Below, one piece after another: positions 24,686-38,043 of a stretch of 64,000 bases of DNA. Each line of letters begins with the position of its first letter. Position 1 is the first letter of the stretch. The DNA lies in contig NW_015166451.1 in assembly GCF_001447785.1 (NCBI RefSeq), positions 279,030-343,029 of the forward strand, written 5' to 3'. The notes beneath the pieces were generated by a model. The model was not told the DNA's origin, did no database searches, and saw only the letters and a program-made list of their open reading frames with translations. This DNA is from Gekko japonicus (lineage: Eukaryota). A program made the translations under genes and the position numbers.

Positions 24686-27600
24686 ACCATGGTTAAGAGA
24701 TGGGAGTGAGCCACTGAACTGTCTCTCTCTTCCTGCAGTCTCTTCCCAGGATCTGAAGATGGTGCCAACAGATTCTTTAACCACAGGAATAGGGGACGGA
24801 CAACAACCCATCTTGTTCTAGATCAAATGATCAGACCCATTGTCTGTGCCAGCCCAAGAAATGCTAGATAAGGGGGGGGGGACACTTTGTGCGCCAACAT
24901 TTTGAGGTCAAATCTGGTCTAAATTACTCTGCTTCAGCAGCTAAAAATCTAGCCCATTATTTCCTAGTTTTCAGCTGTAAAAACCCATTGTGCCTAATGT
25001 ACAATGATTCCATCTCTATAAGAATACCGCACACACAGGAATGTGGTATTATTACTAGCTGATGACAGCAGTACAGCCTCATAATAAAATGTCATTGCCT
25101 ATCTTTCATGCTCCCTTAATAAACTACATTTTCAATAGTTTTTCTTTAGGGTTCTGCACCACCTGCTTGTAGATAATTACAGTAAAACAGTCTGTATTTT
25201 AAACTTTGGTGGTGGAAGGTGCCGTCAAGTCACATTCGACTTAAGGGAAATCCATAGGGTTTTCGAGGCAATTAACGTTAAGAGGTGGTTTGCTGCTGTA
25301 ATGACTCCAGAATTCCTTGGTGGTCTCCCATCCAAATACTAACCAAGGTCAGCCCTGCTTAGCTTCCAGGATCTGACGAGATTAGGCTAGCCTGAGCCAT
25401 CCAGACCAGGGCATTTAAAACTTTATTATGAAACATTTTGCGGTTGTTAAAGTGTTAAACATAATATCAATAAAGTAAAACTCATCTCTCTCACCCTTAG
25501 AAGTTGCCCCTTTAAGTATAAGGGGAGGGGGGGAAATCAAGATTATCTTGGAAAACGAAAAGTATTAATTTCTTGCTTATATGCTATTCCAAAGTCAGTA
25601 TGATCATCATTTGTTCATTATACTAAAACTATATGGAGGTTAACAGTTTTGAGTTAGATACCGTTCACCTAACCTTTCCAGCTGAAAGGAAAGAAAAGAA
25701 AAAAGAAGGGTCCCCTTTGACCAGCAAAAAAGCTATGCAGGGGACCGTGGGACTCACACTGACAAAAGTCAGGTGCAATGGGGGCTTTTGTAAGGAGGGG
25801 AACTGGAGAGCACTGACAAAGCTGCCTGGATCCAACTCAAAATCTTACATTTAAGTAGCAAGGAATAAGAATACAAGACCTACTATTCTAAATCTGACAG
25901 TCTCTCTCTCTCTCCTTCCCTCCATTCTATCTACGATGGAATGTTATCCATGTGTCTTTTAATATCCTTCTTTGAACCAACTAATCCTCTTATTTTTGAG
26001 AAATGTTCCCCCTTTCAGAATAAATATGATTTTCTCACCTGCTGTCTGCCTTCCTACCTTAAGAACACAAGTAGGGCCTGCTTGATATGACCAGAGGTCC
26101 ATCTAGTCCAGCATACCATTTCACACAGTGGCCAGCCAGTTGCCCTGGAGGTCCAACAAACAGGCACAGAGGCTGAGGCCTTCCCTTGAAGCTGCCTCCC
26201 AGTACTGTTATTCAGAGGTTTGCTGTCTCTGTAGAGGAAGGCTTCCTTCAGCCACTGTGGCTAACAGCCACTGACAGACCTCTCCTCCATCAATCTGTCT
26301 AACCACCTTTTAAAAGCCACCTACACTTGTGGCCATCTCCAACTCCATGGCCATGAATTCCACAGTTCAATTGCTTCTTGAGTATAGAGCAGTTGCAGCT
26401 CCCTCCTTTCTCAAATGACCACAACTACGAAAGATGTGCAAGTGTGTCAGGCCACCAGCAGCTGCCTAATTTTTCTTTGGCTTCTCTAGACAGTACTGAT
26501 TTTCCAGCTTTGGTACTCCACAAGAAGCCTCACAGGAACTCATGGTCTCCTTGTCCCGTACTAATGTATGGATGACTTCTTGGACAGAGTCACCAGCAAC
26601 CCTACCCTAGGAGGCAGAGCAAAAATGGTAGTCTTGCAATATAGTCATGGTCTGGATCATGCCCCTGAGCCCTATACTTAGAAACAGAAGAAAGTGCTGA
26701 AGAATTTACTGGAAGAAACAAAACATCACCAGATGTAGCACCATGAAAAGGCATTCAAAAATATCATGTCCTGAATTGCTTAACTGACTTATTTTCACTG
26801 AGTAATTCTCCTGCTTCAGTTCTTTCTGTATTGTTCTAATTACAACTCTGCATAAACTATTTTACGGCATTTTATGATCACCCTGTGCCATTCAGCAGGT
26901 ACTGCATATATGCTTTAGCTGACAAGAACAAAGGCTGTATTTGCAGCTGGAATTCTAACTGGAGAAAAAGGTTAGGAAGGAAAGCAATATAATACTTAAG
27001 AGAGAAATCATGGGATTAACTTTAAACAGCTGAAAGGCTTAAATGTGGATTTGCTGACCTTTCAGGATTTTTTTTAAGACAACATATTAGAATACTGTTC
27101 TGTCAGTCTGGCTCTTTGCCACTGGGCAAAACCTTCATCTCCAAAGGAAAGCAAGTACCTCTTTTCAAGTACCTCTTTGCGTAAGCATTCCTCTAGGGGA
27201 AAAATAAGTTCTATTCAGGTTGCCACAGCTTGCAAGCAAAGCATTTAGTAATTTTGTACCCCCTGGAGTACACAGCTCCAGCAACAGAGGAGTTCAGTGC
27301 CTCTTTACTTCTCTCCACTGTACAGACTACTATTGGTTCAGGAAAGTAATCCTGGAATACAGAATTTCCAAATGCAACATTTGTTGAGAAGTTTATTAAC
27401 TGCAGCATTCATAAGCATGCTTGAGGATTAAGGAAGGCTTATTCAGTGGCTCAAACCAGTTTAGGTTCAACGGACAGGATACAAAATTTAGTAGCTTTAT
27501 TTAAAATTCAAGTTTTTAAAAACCTTCATCTTAATTTACTTTCTGCCCTTTCCATGTCCAGGAATGAAGTAAAAAAGTAAAAAAGCTTTCATTTCAATTG

Positions 27601-28559
27601 TCTGATGCAACATCTCTATTCACGGTGAAAAGAGGAAAATATAAAATATTGCTGTATCTTGACCAGGTGGGCTAAAACACATATCCAGACCTTTAGTGTC
27701 AAACAGGACCTTTAAGATGAACAAAAAAGTAGCTAATTCTCAGCACCTTTTTTGTTCTTCGTAACAACCAATACTGCAATTGCAGTTTTTAGCATCTCAA
27801 GTAACACATACCCCCTAATCCATTTTAAACATGTTTGTGAAATGCAAACACACACACCAACATAAATCTTAGCTTCCTTACTTTTTAATCTTTCCTTCTT
27901 TTGAGTGAATATAACCTCCATTTCCTAAAATCCTCACAGCAAGCGAGTGATGTCTGCCGCAAGGAGATAGTCGTTTCTATAGTACTGGGACAGCCTCCCA
28001 TTTAAGCTAACTTCTAATCAAAGAGGCTTCTCTTTTAGAAACTGCTCAGAAACTCACAGGCTCACACCAGGAGGGTATTCCCATAAATCCACAAAAACAC
28101 TTTTGTATCTCAAGTATAACAACCAAATGATTGCAGTAGGCTACCTCAATGATTGCTCCTGTTCCAATTTTGGGAGACAGAAGGGGCAATTAAAAAAAAT
28201 AATCAACGGACCTTATTATCTTGCTGCTAAAGATGGTCCTGCAGCACTGGGTGAGGACAAGGATAGGGTATGCCATTAATCAGAACTGCTTATATTGAAG
28301 TGACTGACAGAAGGCATGTCAGCCTTTTGCCAAATGACACACACTAACATGGGCTACAGGAGAGTTTGAAAACGTTCATGCATTCCCTAGTAATACTACC
28401 TAGTACTCATGCAGCTGATTTCAAATGCTCCTTTCAATACATTCTTACATCAGCACTGTAGGCTGTATCACTGCCTCCCTCCCCCCCTGGAGATAGAACA
28501 GAAGCTAGCAGAAAACCACCTGTCGAGTCGAAGCCTGCCATGTGAACGGAACCAAAATG

Positions 28560-28909
28560 TCAGACACCCTGTGAGGTAGGTGCGGCTGAGAGAGCACTTT
28601 CAAGGAAGGCTCTTGAGAAAACAGCTCTGAGAGAACTTGAGACTGACCCAAGGTCACATCAGTAGCTGCATGTAGGGAATCAAACCCAGTTCTCCCAGAT
28701 TAGAGTCCGTAATCCTAAACTGTGGAGTCTTGTGAGCAAAAATTCTACTTGGTGAGCTACTGGCATTAAAGTTGTGAGTGAGCGATTTGGCTGCTGCATA
28801 AATCAGTCTGCTCTGGAGCCATCCTTTCTGAGCTAAGACAAAAATCTGTGAGCTGGACGCTAAAAAACTGTGAGCTAGCGCACACTAACTCACCTTAGAG
28901 GGAACACTG
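28560..28909 (-). mobile_element. Squam3-like SINE fragment plus truncated hAT MITE (28720-28909)
   Basis: SINE body followed by MITE sequence ending agagggaacactg. Confidence 0.8.
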
Positions 28910-28961
28910 ATCCTAACCCAAACTCACTCCTGATCACTACAACAAACTACTGCCCCCCCCC

Positions 28962-29030
28962 CGTTACGACGGGCGTGTGCGCAACCCTTTCAACGAGTAC
29001 GAGTGCGGTTCGTGGTACGCCCGCGCCATG
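28962..29030 (+). other. 69-bp foreign-looking coding patch resembling a bacterial GH116 glycoside hydrolase C-terminal motif
   Basis: Translates [23 protein letters not shown]; 12 CpG in 69 bp; starts immediately after a poly-C run. Confidence 0.7.
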
Positions 29031-30347
29031 CTCTCAGGAGGTTGGGGGAAGTGCACATTCGCTCTCTGAAGAAGCAAAGTAAGTGGGGCCAGTCCCACAG
29101 AAGCGTCTTCTGACGCATGATTTACCCTGGGGTGGGTTATTTGGTTCTTGCCTTTCCTCAAGACAGCTGGAGCGGAAGGGGCCTGTAATTTTCCACCTGA
29201 AACGGTGCCTAATATTTACAACTGAAGACAGACACCTTTAATGCACTACCTAAATTATAAGCTCTCCTGCTAAGTACAATTTTTGCACGTAATAACCACA
29301 CTGCATCTCTCTACGTTAAATCAGATGGCTTCCTGTAACCTCCTTGTAATTGGGATGATAATAGATGTCAGTTTCACAGCCTAACATTGCAAAGGCCCAA
29401 ATTTAACAAGGGTTTTATTAAAACACCCTCTGCCTTACTTTTCTGAATAATGAAACAGTTTGGCAAGATCGGTATCAATCTGGCTGGATAACTCATATCC
29501 AGTTTTGTATCCAGATATTTCCCAAACTATTCTTTCTTCACTCAGGATTCTTGCGTGCAGGGTATTTTGTGCTGTAATCGCTTCATCTTGCTTATGTGAG
29601 AGGAAATTTTGTGCTTTCCCACCATTTCTCAGTAGAAGGAAGAACAGCTCTTTTGATTTCCCCAAATTCCTTTTGAGGTTTAAGCAATGTTAAAGCAAAA
29701 CACATTTTCAAGGCAAGTCAAAAAGACTGCAACTAATAGCTATATACTGGTAATTTCTAGGGATGATTGTAAAATCCTAGTAGGGCAGACTTCACAACTG
29801 AATCCTGTCCCTTCCCCATCAGATTTAATCTTTGGATTGAAACCCCAAACCTTGGGACACCTGATGAGCAGTCCAATAAGCATCGGTAATCAGATGGGTT
29901 TCCTGCTTCCTTGCCTCCTAACTACATATTATGAAAAACCCAATAAGTAAAAAAATTATATACACACACACACAAAATGTGAATTAGACCAAGTTATCCA
30001 ATACTACCTACATTTATGCAAAACTGAATGTGTATGTATGTGTGTAGAGCACTTTTTGAGCACAAAAAATTGTTTCTCACACTCCCACTCAGTAAACAAC
30101 CCTGTAAGGTACTACTTCATTATAATTCCTTTCTTAAATATGGGATATGTGTGTTGAAATAACTGTATTTTGTTCAAGGCCACCCAGTGAGCTCACGGCT
30201 GTAGCAAACTCTGGGTTGTCTTGGTCACTATGTTACATCAGCTGATTGAAACACAAAGTGCTTCAGGGAATGGAAGCACTTGGACCATCACAGAATTTTG
30301 ATCCCTTCATAATTACTCCATGATCAGCAGCCTGGATAGCTCCGTTT

Positions 30348-30396
<49 letters not shown>

Positions 30397-30437
30397 GAAG
30401 GAAGGAAGGAAGGAAGGAAGGAAGGAAGGAAGGAAGG
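30348..30437. repeat. Compound microsatellite (GCAA)n(GGAA)n
   Basis: Directly visible. Confidence 0.97.
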
Positions 30438-30627
30438 ACCTTCAATAATAAGGTCAAAACTGAGCTGATTCCAGCTCTGAGGACTTTCTCTCCCCCATTC
30501 TGGGGGGATAAAAATCTAATAAAATAAATAAATAAATCCTAGACAGTTTCATTACGTCCCTCTTTCTATCTGATCCAGGAGATACTAATGCACTGAGTTT
30601 TCCTGTATTCTAGCTACAACTGGTGGG

Positions 30628-30831
30628 CAGTGTTCCCTCTAAGCTGAGTTAGTGTGCGCTAGCTCAGTTTTTTAGCCACCGGCTCACACATTTTTGTCTT
30701 AGCTCAGGAAGGATGGCTCCAGAACAAACCAATTTATGCAGTAGCCAAACTGCCTGCTCACAACTTTAATACCAGCAGCTCACAAAGCAGAATTTGTGCT
30801 CACAAGACTCAAAGGCTTAGAGGGAGCATTG
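30628..30831 (+). mobile_element. hAT-type MITE (CAGTGTTCCC family)
   Basis: TIRs plus a perfect 8-bp TSD ctggtggg (30620-30627, 30832-30839). Confidence 0.9.
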
Positions 30832-31013
30832 CTGGTGGGTAGCCGGGGTTGGTCTGAAGTAGCGGAACACTGGGCTCAAACTTTGTTCTAAGTAATTACA
30901 GTACACAATTATCTTCAGTATCATGAAAAGGCATGGATACATGCATACTATACTGGTGAATGGCCAAGGAATGTTTCAAGTCTGGAGAGCATGCCATTTG
31001 CTCCTCAGATGGA

Positions 31014-31451
31014 CTTCAGATATGGGCGGAACCATGTTGGAGGTGTATTGCCAATATCGACTGCTGATCCTGACTTCCATGATCACTTTTATAAACACTG
31101 TCTCTTAGTAAAAAACCTGCCTGCGGCAACTAAAGCAACAATTACAGTGACAGTGAAACAACGCAGAAAATATCCTTATTTCACCAAAGCCTGTGTGCTC
31201 TGTATGAGCGGCATCAACTTAGCTGCCCTTATCTTCAGATATGGGCGGAACCATGTTGGGGGTGTATTGCCAATATCGACTGCTGATCCCGACTTCCATG
31301 ATCACTTTTATAAACACTGCCTCTTAGTAAAAAACCTGCCTGCGGCAACGTAAAGCAACAATTACAGTGACAGTGAGACAACGTGGAAAACATCCTTATT
31401 TCACCAAAGCCTGTGTGCTCTGTATGGGCGGCATCAACTTAGCTGCCCTTA
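31014..31451. repeat. Tandem duplication with 219-bp period, just 3' of the MRPL13 stop
   Basis: cttcagatatgggcggaacc... starts at 31014 and again at 31233. Confidence 0.95.
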
Positions 31452-31583
31452 AGAGGCACCTCTGACGTGAATATTGATGTGAGCAACTGTTTCAAGATGC
31501 CAGCCTGATTAGGTAAGGGAAATTTAATCAGATCTGTGCCTCCTCCTCTTTGTGTTTTATATTCAGGTCTCCAATGGAATGCC

Positions 31584-31605
31584 TTACCAATGAGGATTTT
31601 CAGGA
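31584..31605 (-). CDS. MRPL13: MRPL13 exon 7 (PPENPHW*)
   Basis: ttacag| acceptor and 22 coding nt, which bring the CDS to 537 nt (178 aa + stop). Confidence 0.85.
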
Positions 31606-32053
31606 CTGTAACCTAACCCTGGTAAGCCTGCTTTTTTCCCTATCAAAGATACTCCACACAAAATCATGCCACTGTGTTTGCTTTTACAGAGAATGCAATC
31701 GTGTTTACTGATGACTGTTCTGAAAATTGCACCCCAGAGGGTGAAGAGATTATTTGATTTTGTTTGTGTACCCATTATTTCTTGAACCAGCTTTAAGATC
31801 ACCCAGTTCTTTTATTTACTCCAGATACACAGAACATTTAAAAAAAAAAAATAAGAAAAAAGGGTAACAGAAATCAATTGCTTAAAATAATCCAAAACAT
31901 GAAGGAACGTACCTCCACATTCAAAAGCACTGTCTGCCTCAAAGGCATACTTAAAGCACGTCTTATCTACTTAAAGGATAATGAATTCTTTAAAAGCTAA
32001 TCTATCACATAAGCAGTCATAAACACCCCTTTCAAGGACTATTAGACACTTAC

Positions 32054-32175
32054 GGAGTCCAGACCCTTGGAAAAGCATTGATTTCCTCTTGTGTGTATTC
32101 ATTTAACCTCTTGGGCACTTTGCGGGGCTGCGGAAGCAATTCTACCAAATTCTTATGTATTTCTTCAGGAATATC
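32054..32175 (-). CDS. MRPL13: MRPL13 exon 6
   Basis: [41 protein letters not shown]; ag/gt boundaries; 122 nt. Confidence 0.97.
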
Positions 32176-33144
32176 CTGTGGGGGATGACAAGACAAAATT
32201 CCAAAGTCCATCCTGAACTCTTTATTCACATCATTCACTTTCCGAAAGGAACCCCCCTCCCAAAACCCATTTCGGTTATGCATAATTCTTAGAACATTAT
32301 TAGTTTTGTTTTGACTCAGGCCACATGCAGATGTCATGACAGAGAGAGAGGTTTGTCCAGGATGGGGGCATGAACACAACTTGTTGCTGTGTGCCACACA
32401 CTCCACTTGTACAGCCTATTGTCATGTGCAGTGGCATGAAGTGTGATTGAAAATGAAAAAAAAAAGAAGTTCAATTGAAAACTATATTGGGAAGTCATTC
32501 GTCAAGATCCAATTTGCTGTGACATCTGAATGCAGGTGCCTTGGCAAACTACTGTCTGCTTCCCTTCACAAATGGGCATTTTAAACTAGCCATTAGACCA
32601 TGATTTAGAACCCTGGTTCATGGTGGGACAAAACTCTGATTTGCTGGCACCCGCACTGAGGTGTCCCGGCAAACTGGAACCTGACCGGAAGCTTCATAAG
32701 CCAGGGAGTTTTCAGTCACCCTCTGTGCACAAGGGGAGGGCTGGTGCAAGCACTTAGACATAAAATCAAGCTGTGTTGGTGCCCCCTGTAGACAGACTTG
32801 TTTCTTGCCATGTCTAAGTGCAGCCTTAGCCTTTATCTGATTACTCTAAATAAAAAATGACGGACATGAGAGATCAATACCAAGAACAACTGTATAGTCC
32901 ATTTAACCCAAAGGCTGCAGGACACATGACAAACAATGGTGGGTTTAAATCTCCCGCCACGGTCCCATTGGTCCCCCAGTGGAGGGACCAGGAGCCTAGG
33001 CCCCATTGTTCTTCCAGAGTCAAGCTCTGGGGTATTCGCTGTCCCTGGTGGCAGTCAGCGGACACAACATCAGCCAAGGGCAATGTTGCATGACAGCTCC
33101 ATTTTGCTAATGGAATTTTTGATGTGTAACATGTTGCTTTACCC

Positions 33145-33357
33145 CAGGGCTGGCCAAACTTGCTTAACATAAGAGCCACATAGAATAAACATCAGATATT
33201 TGAGAGTCGCAAGATATGAACAAATATCACACACGCTTTTTATTGGACAACATGCAAATTTGCTTTTTTAACATTAAATGATATTGCCAAAAATAAAAAT
33301 AACAGAGGTAAAACAGATATTGATAATGATATTTATTTGTCCAATGATATTTATTTT

Positions 33358-33423
<66 letters not shown>

Positions 33424-34058
33424 AAGAGAGAGAAAAAGANNNNNNNNNNNNNNNNNNNNNNNNNNNNNNNNNNNNNNNNNNNNNNNNNNNNNNNNNNNNN
33501 NNNNNNNNNNNNNNNNNNNNNNNNNNNNNNNNNNNNNNNNNNNNNNNNNNNNNNNNNNNNNNNNNNNNNNNNNNNNNNNNNNNNNNNNNNNNNNNNNNNN
33601 NNNNNNNNNNNNNNNNNNNNNNNNNNNNNNNNNNNNNNNNNNNNNNNNNNNNNNNNNNNNNNNNNNNNNNNNNCAGATTAGAGTCCATGCACTTAACCAC
33701 TACGCCAAACTGGAGAGAGAGAAAGAGAGAAAGAAACAAAGAAAGCAAGTAGATGGGGGAGGGAGGGAGGGGGAAGGAAAGAAGAAAGGAAGGGTGAAAT
33801 AAAGGAAGGGAGAAGGAGAGAGAGACAGAGCGAAAGAAAGAAAATAGATGGGGGGAAGGGAGAGGTGGAAAGAAAACAACCTTAACTTTAAATGCGTCCT
33901 CCAAGCTCCCCCCCCCCCCCGGCTGGCTTGGCTTGGCAAAGGGAAGACTGACCAGGGAGGCATGCCTCCGATTCGCTTCCCAGGTGCCCTGCCGGGAGCC
34001 ACACAATATGTGTGAAAGAGCTGCATGTGGCTCCTGAGCTGCAGCTTGGCCACCCCTG
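33145..34058. mobile_element. hAT non-autonomous element containing (AG)n, an N gap and a SINE end
   Basis: cagggctggccaaact ... agcttggccacccctg with TSD ctttaccc/ctttatcc. Confidence 0.8.
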
Positions 34059-34064
34059 CTTTAT

Positions 34065-34502
34065 CCTAAGACTTTAGGATGACGATAAAGCCTGAGGAAA
34101 TGAAGGCAAAGGCAGCCATCTCAATTTTTGCCATCTGTTGCTTAAACTAGGGCCCCCACGGGAGCACACAAGTGTGGGGCAGCCAAAATACTGATGGGAT
34201 TACATCCATTTACTCAGTCTCTTATGGGAATCGATGTGGTGGCAACTATGTATCTGTATTTCCACTTCAAGGAGCTGGTTTGACCTAAGGCTTTAGGATG
34301 ATGATAAAGCCTGAGGAAATGAAGGCAAAGGCAGCCATCTCCATTTTTGCCACCTGTTGCTTAAACTAGGGCCCCCACAGGAGCACACAAGTGTGGGCCA
34401 GCCAAAATACTGATGGGATTTCATCCATTTACTCAGTCTCTTATGGGAATTGATGTGGTGGCAACTATGTACCTGTATTTCCACTTCAAGGAGCTGGTTT
34501 GA
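34065..34502. repeat. Tandem duplication with 219-bp period
   Basis: cctaag(a/g)ctttaggatga... starts at 34065 and again at 34284. Confidence 0.95.
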
Positions 34503-36092
34503 GCCTTTAGAGCCCACAATGCTTTGAGCCCTGCTTCCCTGAGAGATAGTCCATCTCCTCTCATTTCTTCTTTCTCATGCCCTTTGGTTACTGAATGATT
34601 CCCTGCTGGGGTTCTGCCCTTCAGCCAGCTGAGATCGCAGAGGGCACAAGGCAAGGCCTTCTCAACTGTGGTGCCCGCTCTCTGAAATGCTCTGCCAAGG
34701 GACCTCAAGATGGCTGCCTTCTTGGATACATGGTCATGCGGGTTCAGTTCTATTTTGTGACTTGGTGTTTTATGCTGCTGGATCCACTCTTTCGTGTATT
34801 TTTTTAAATTTTAATTATTTTTATGAGGCCACCCCGAAGTACTCCTGAGTTCAAAAGCAATTCCTACAAAATGAACTATACTGCAGCCCCCGGGTTCCTC
34901 ATTAGCTGAATGCTAACAGCGAGGGTGCACATTTCTTAATCCAGAGCACTAACAGGCAAACGGATGGCAGAGATCCCAGCACAGTGTTCCCTGAACTGCA
35001 AATCAGATAACAGTGCTCCTGGAGGCATGAAGCTGCCCTATACTAAATCAGACCCGTGGTTCATCAAGGTTAATACTGTCTACTCAGACTGGCAGCAGCT
35101 CTCCAGAGTCTCAGAGGTCTTTCACATCATCTGCAACTTGATACTTTACCTGGAGATGCTGAGGATTGAACCTGGGACCTTCTGCATGCAAAGCAGATGC
35201 TCTCCCACTGAACAAACCCTCTCTTTTGGTTGGGCAAGAATTCCTTGCATGTGCAAAGAAACTTTCAGAGGCATTGTGTGACGTGGGAGAATCTGTGTCC
35301 TAAAATTTTAGAAACCCTCTTTTAAGCATATATTCTGGACAAACAATCTAACAGAGGTAAACATCATAGCTGGGAAAGACTACACTCCATTGTAGCAGTC
35401 TGCACTATCAACAAGAAATTCCAAAGCAATTAGAAAAAGACCCCCAAAATCTCACTGAAGAAAAACCTTAGACAATGCTAACATACGGTAATTTCTATCC
35501 TTTGAAGGACTTCCAGGAAGTCTACTTTTAAGACATGCACACTAGGACACAGAAAACCTCTCAAATCGTAGGATGAAGAATAGGTTGAATGTATATTGTA
35601 CTGAATATGCTACCTAATGTGTATTCAGCAATCTCACTGCTCAATTTAGGCAAGACTGAGACATGTACGAATAATAGTAATAATAATTCTCGTACGGCAT
35701 TGTCTATAGAATAGCCAGGAGATCCTAAGATTGTCTGGCAGCCGCCAGTTTTAGCTCTTAGTGTTGTGCACCACTAGGTGGTGAGCTAACTACTGACCAT
35801 TAAAGCTCAAACTCCAGTATGCTACTCAAGCAAATCTCGATTCATACTTACAATCCCTTTCAGATACAAAAATTTAAGGATGTGTGAATGCTTTGTAAAC
35901 AGATTATTTCATTCTTGTCAGTAACATTTACTTGAAATTTGAACTCCACTGGAGTGAAACATTCATTGTTCATTAGAAACAGGACTGTGCAGTAAATAAT
36001 TTCTGTAGCATCTTTTAGTGTATGAAGTGCTTATTTTGAATAAACAGATAGATCAACCATTGAACTAGATAATGATCCAGCTTTTGACTTAC

Positions 36093-36179
36093 ATCATCTG
36101 CAAAGAGATGCAGTCTTTGCATCATTGTTCTTCTGAGAAGGTTTTTGGGCAGCATTCCATAGATAGCCAGTTTTACAAT
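36093..36179 (-). CDS. MRPL13: MRPL13 exon 5
   Basis: [29 protein letters not shown]; ttttgcag| and |gtaagt; 87 nt. Confidence 0.97.
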
Positions 36180-38043
36180 CTGCAAAAGAAAGATTTATGT
36201 TACATACATGATACCGCCTTTCCTAACATTTCAGAAATGTAGAGCCAACTCACACAGAACTAAATATGAGAATTAACAATGAAATAAATGGGGGGGGGGG
36301 GATTGTTAAAGCCACAGTGACTGAAGGGAGCCTCCATCTACAGAGGCAGCAGACCTTTGAACAAGAACAGCTAGGAGGCGGCAGCAGCGGAGGGGCTTGG
36401 CCTTTATGCCCTGCTTGTTTCAAATGTAAAAGCAAACTGTGGTTTGTGCTAAAGCAGAAGTCACTAATCAAGGCCTGATTTAAATGAAGCTGGGTGGAGA
36501 GAAGAACTTATCTATGCAATAGTTCCGTGTGCCCAGTGTCTCATTTAAACAGAGATTAGCATGCCAAATATAGGAAGCCTGGGTGTGCTAGCGTGGCACA
36601 TGTAGTGAGACTGCACAGCTGAACTCTGGATGCATGCCAAGGTTTCATGGGTATGTTCTTCTTGCCCAACAGTGTCACATTTATATCAAGCCACACTTAG
36701 AACACATTAGGAGAGGACAGACAGGATAGTGCACAAACACAGCACCAAAACATGGTTAAGCATTATTTTATTTATTTGGAAAATTTAAATGCTGTATCTC
36801 CAAAGACACGCTGGAAGTGAACAGCAAGATAAGAAATACAATAAAGCAGAACCATAACATACTGTTCCTAAAAGATTCTTCAGGCTAGCAGCATGTCACA
36901 TTTCTCTCATTCTGCAGGAGGGCATTTTTATACAAGTAATAGGGCTACAGTATAATGGAACGGTTCAGGGAAGCGGTTTTAATAAAGGCAACCAAGGGTG
37001 CAGATCATACCACTGTGTGTAGTATGCAATATCTGCTTGCTATACGCATTGCCTTATCTCACTGCATTGTTTTCTACTTATTCAATACGGTTTTCTGCAT
37101 TAACATATCATGTCTAATATTATTTATTATTAGATTTATTAGATTAGATTTATTTAATTATTAGATTCATTAGATGATGAATGATGATAATAATAATATC
37201 TGAAACAAAGTATAAAGTTTCTGCAATTCTAATGCCTCCTCCTGCTGATACGCTGACTTACACTGTGCAATCTGCCTTGAGTCTCAGTGAGAAAATGTAA
37301 ATTTAAAAAAATCAAATTACACTAACAAGATTTAACTCTTTGACTAAAAGCCTGGGTAAAAAGGAATGTTTCAGCCAAGCCTCAAAGGGGAGGATGTTCC
37401 AAAGGCAAGGGATATCTAATGGAGATCCCTGCCTTACCTCTGAAGACAGGAGCACAGGAAGGCTCGGGAGGAGGCTCTTAACTTAACCTGAACTGACCTA
37501 CAGAACTCAGCATACTGTTGTGTGTCCCCCCCTCTACCCCCTCCCCCCGTGCACAACCAATTCCACATCACTGGAGAGGCAGGAAACACTCAGTGTACCA
37601 ACATCAGGATGCAGCATTTTCCAATTAGGTGTCATACAGAAGGAGGGAACCGGACACGGGGCTGCCAGTTCTAGAGGCAAGCCTGCATATTTTTTTGTAA
37701 TGTGCAGTTCCGCCTTCACTGTAGGCATTTGCTTTGTGAAAATGACCTGACAGCTATTTGTTCCGGATGAACAGCCTCATTCATAAGGCTACTAGGAATG
37801 AATAAGACCTACGGACCCACATTAACTTATGCATAAGAGCTACAGTTCAGGGCGGTTTTTCTTGGGCTGAAGATCTGAGTGTGCCAATATATTCCTTTAT
37901 GTAAGAACTAAATAGCCATATGGACTTTACCGAAAGGGAAAAGTATTACATAAAATAAACAGCAGAAGCCAATGTCCTCCATTCTTTAAAGCACCAACAA
38001 AAGCAGTGAGCTCCATACAGAGCAGTCCTTTCTGAGGATGTAA

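Noticed and set aside
33227-34053. ORFs of 114-259 aa
   Set aside because: They run through an (AG)n microsatellite and an N gap. The ORFs at 11291-11804 likewise span an N gap.
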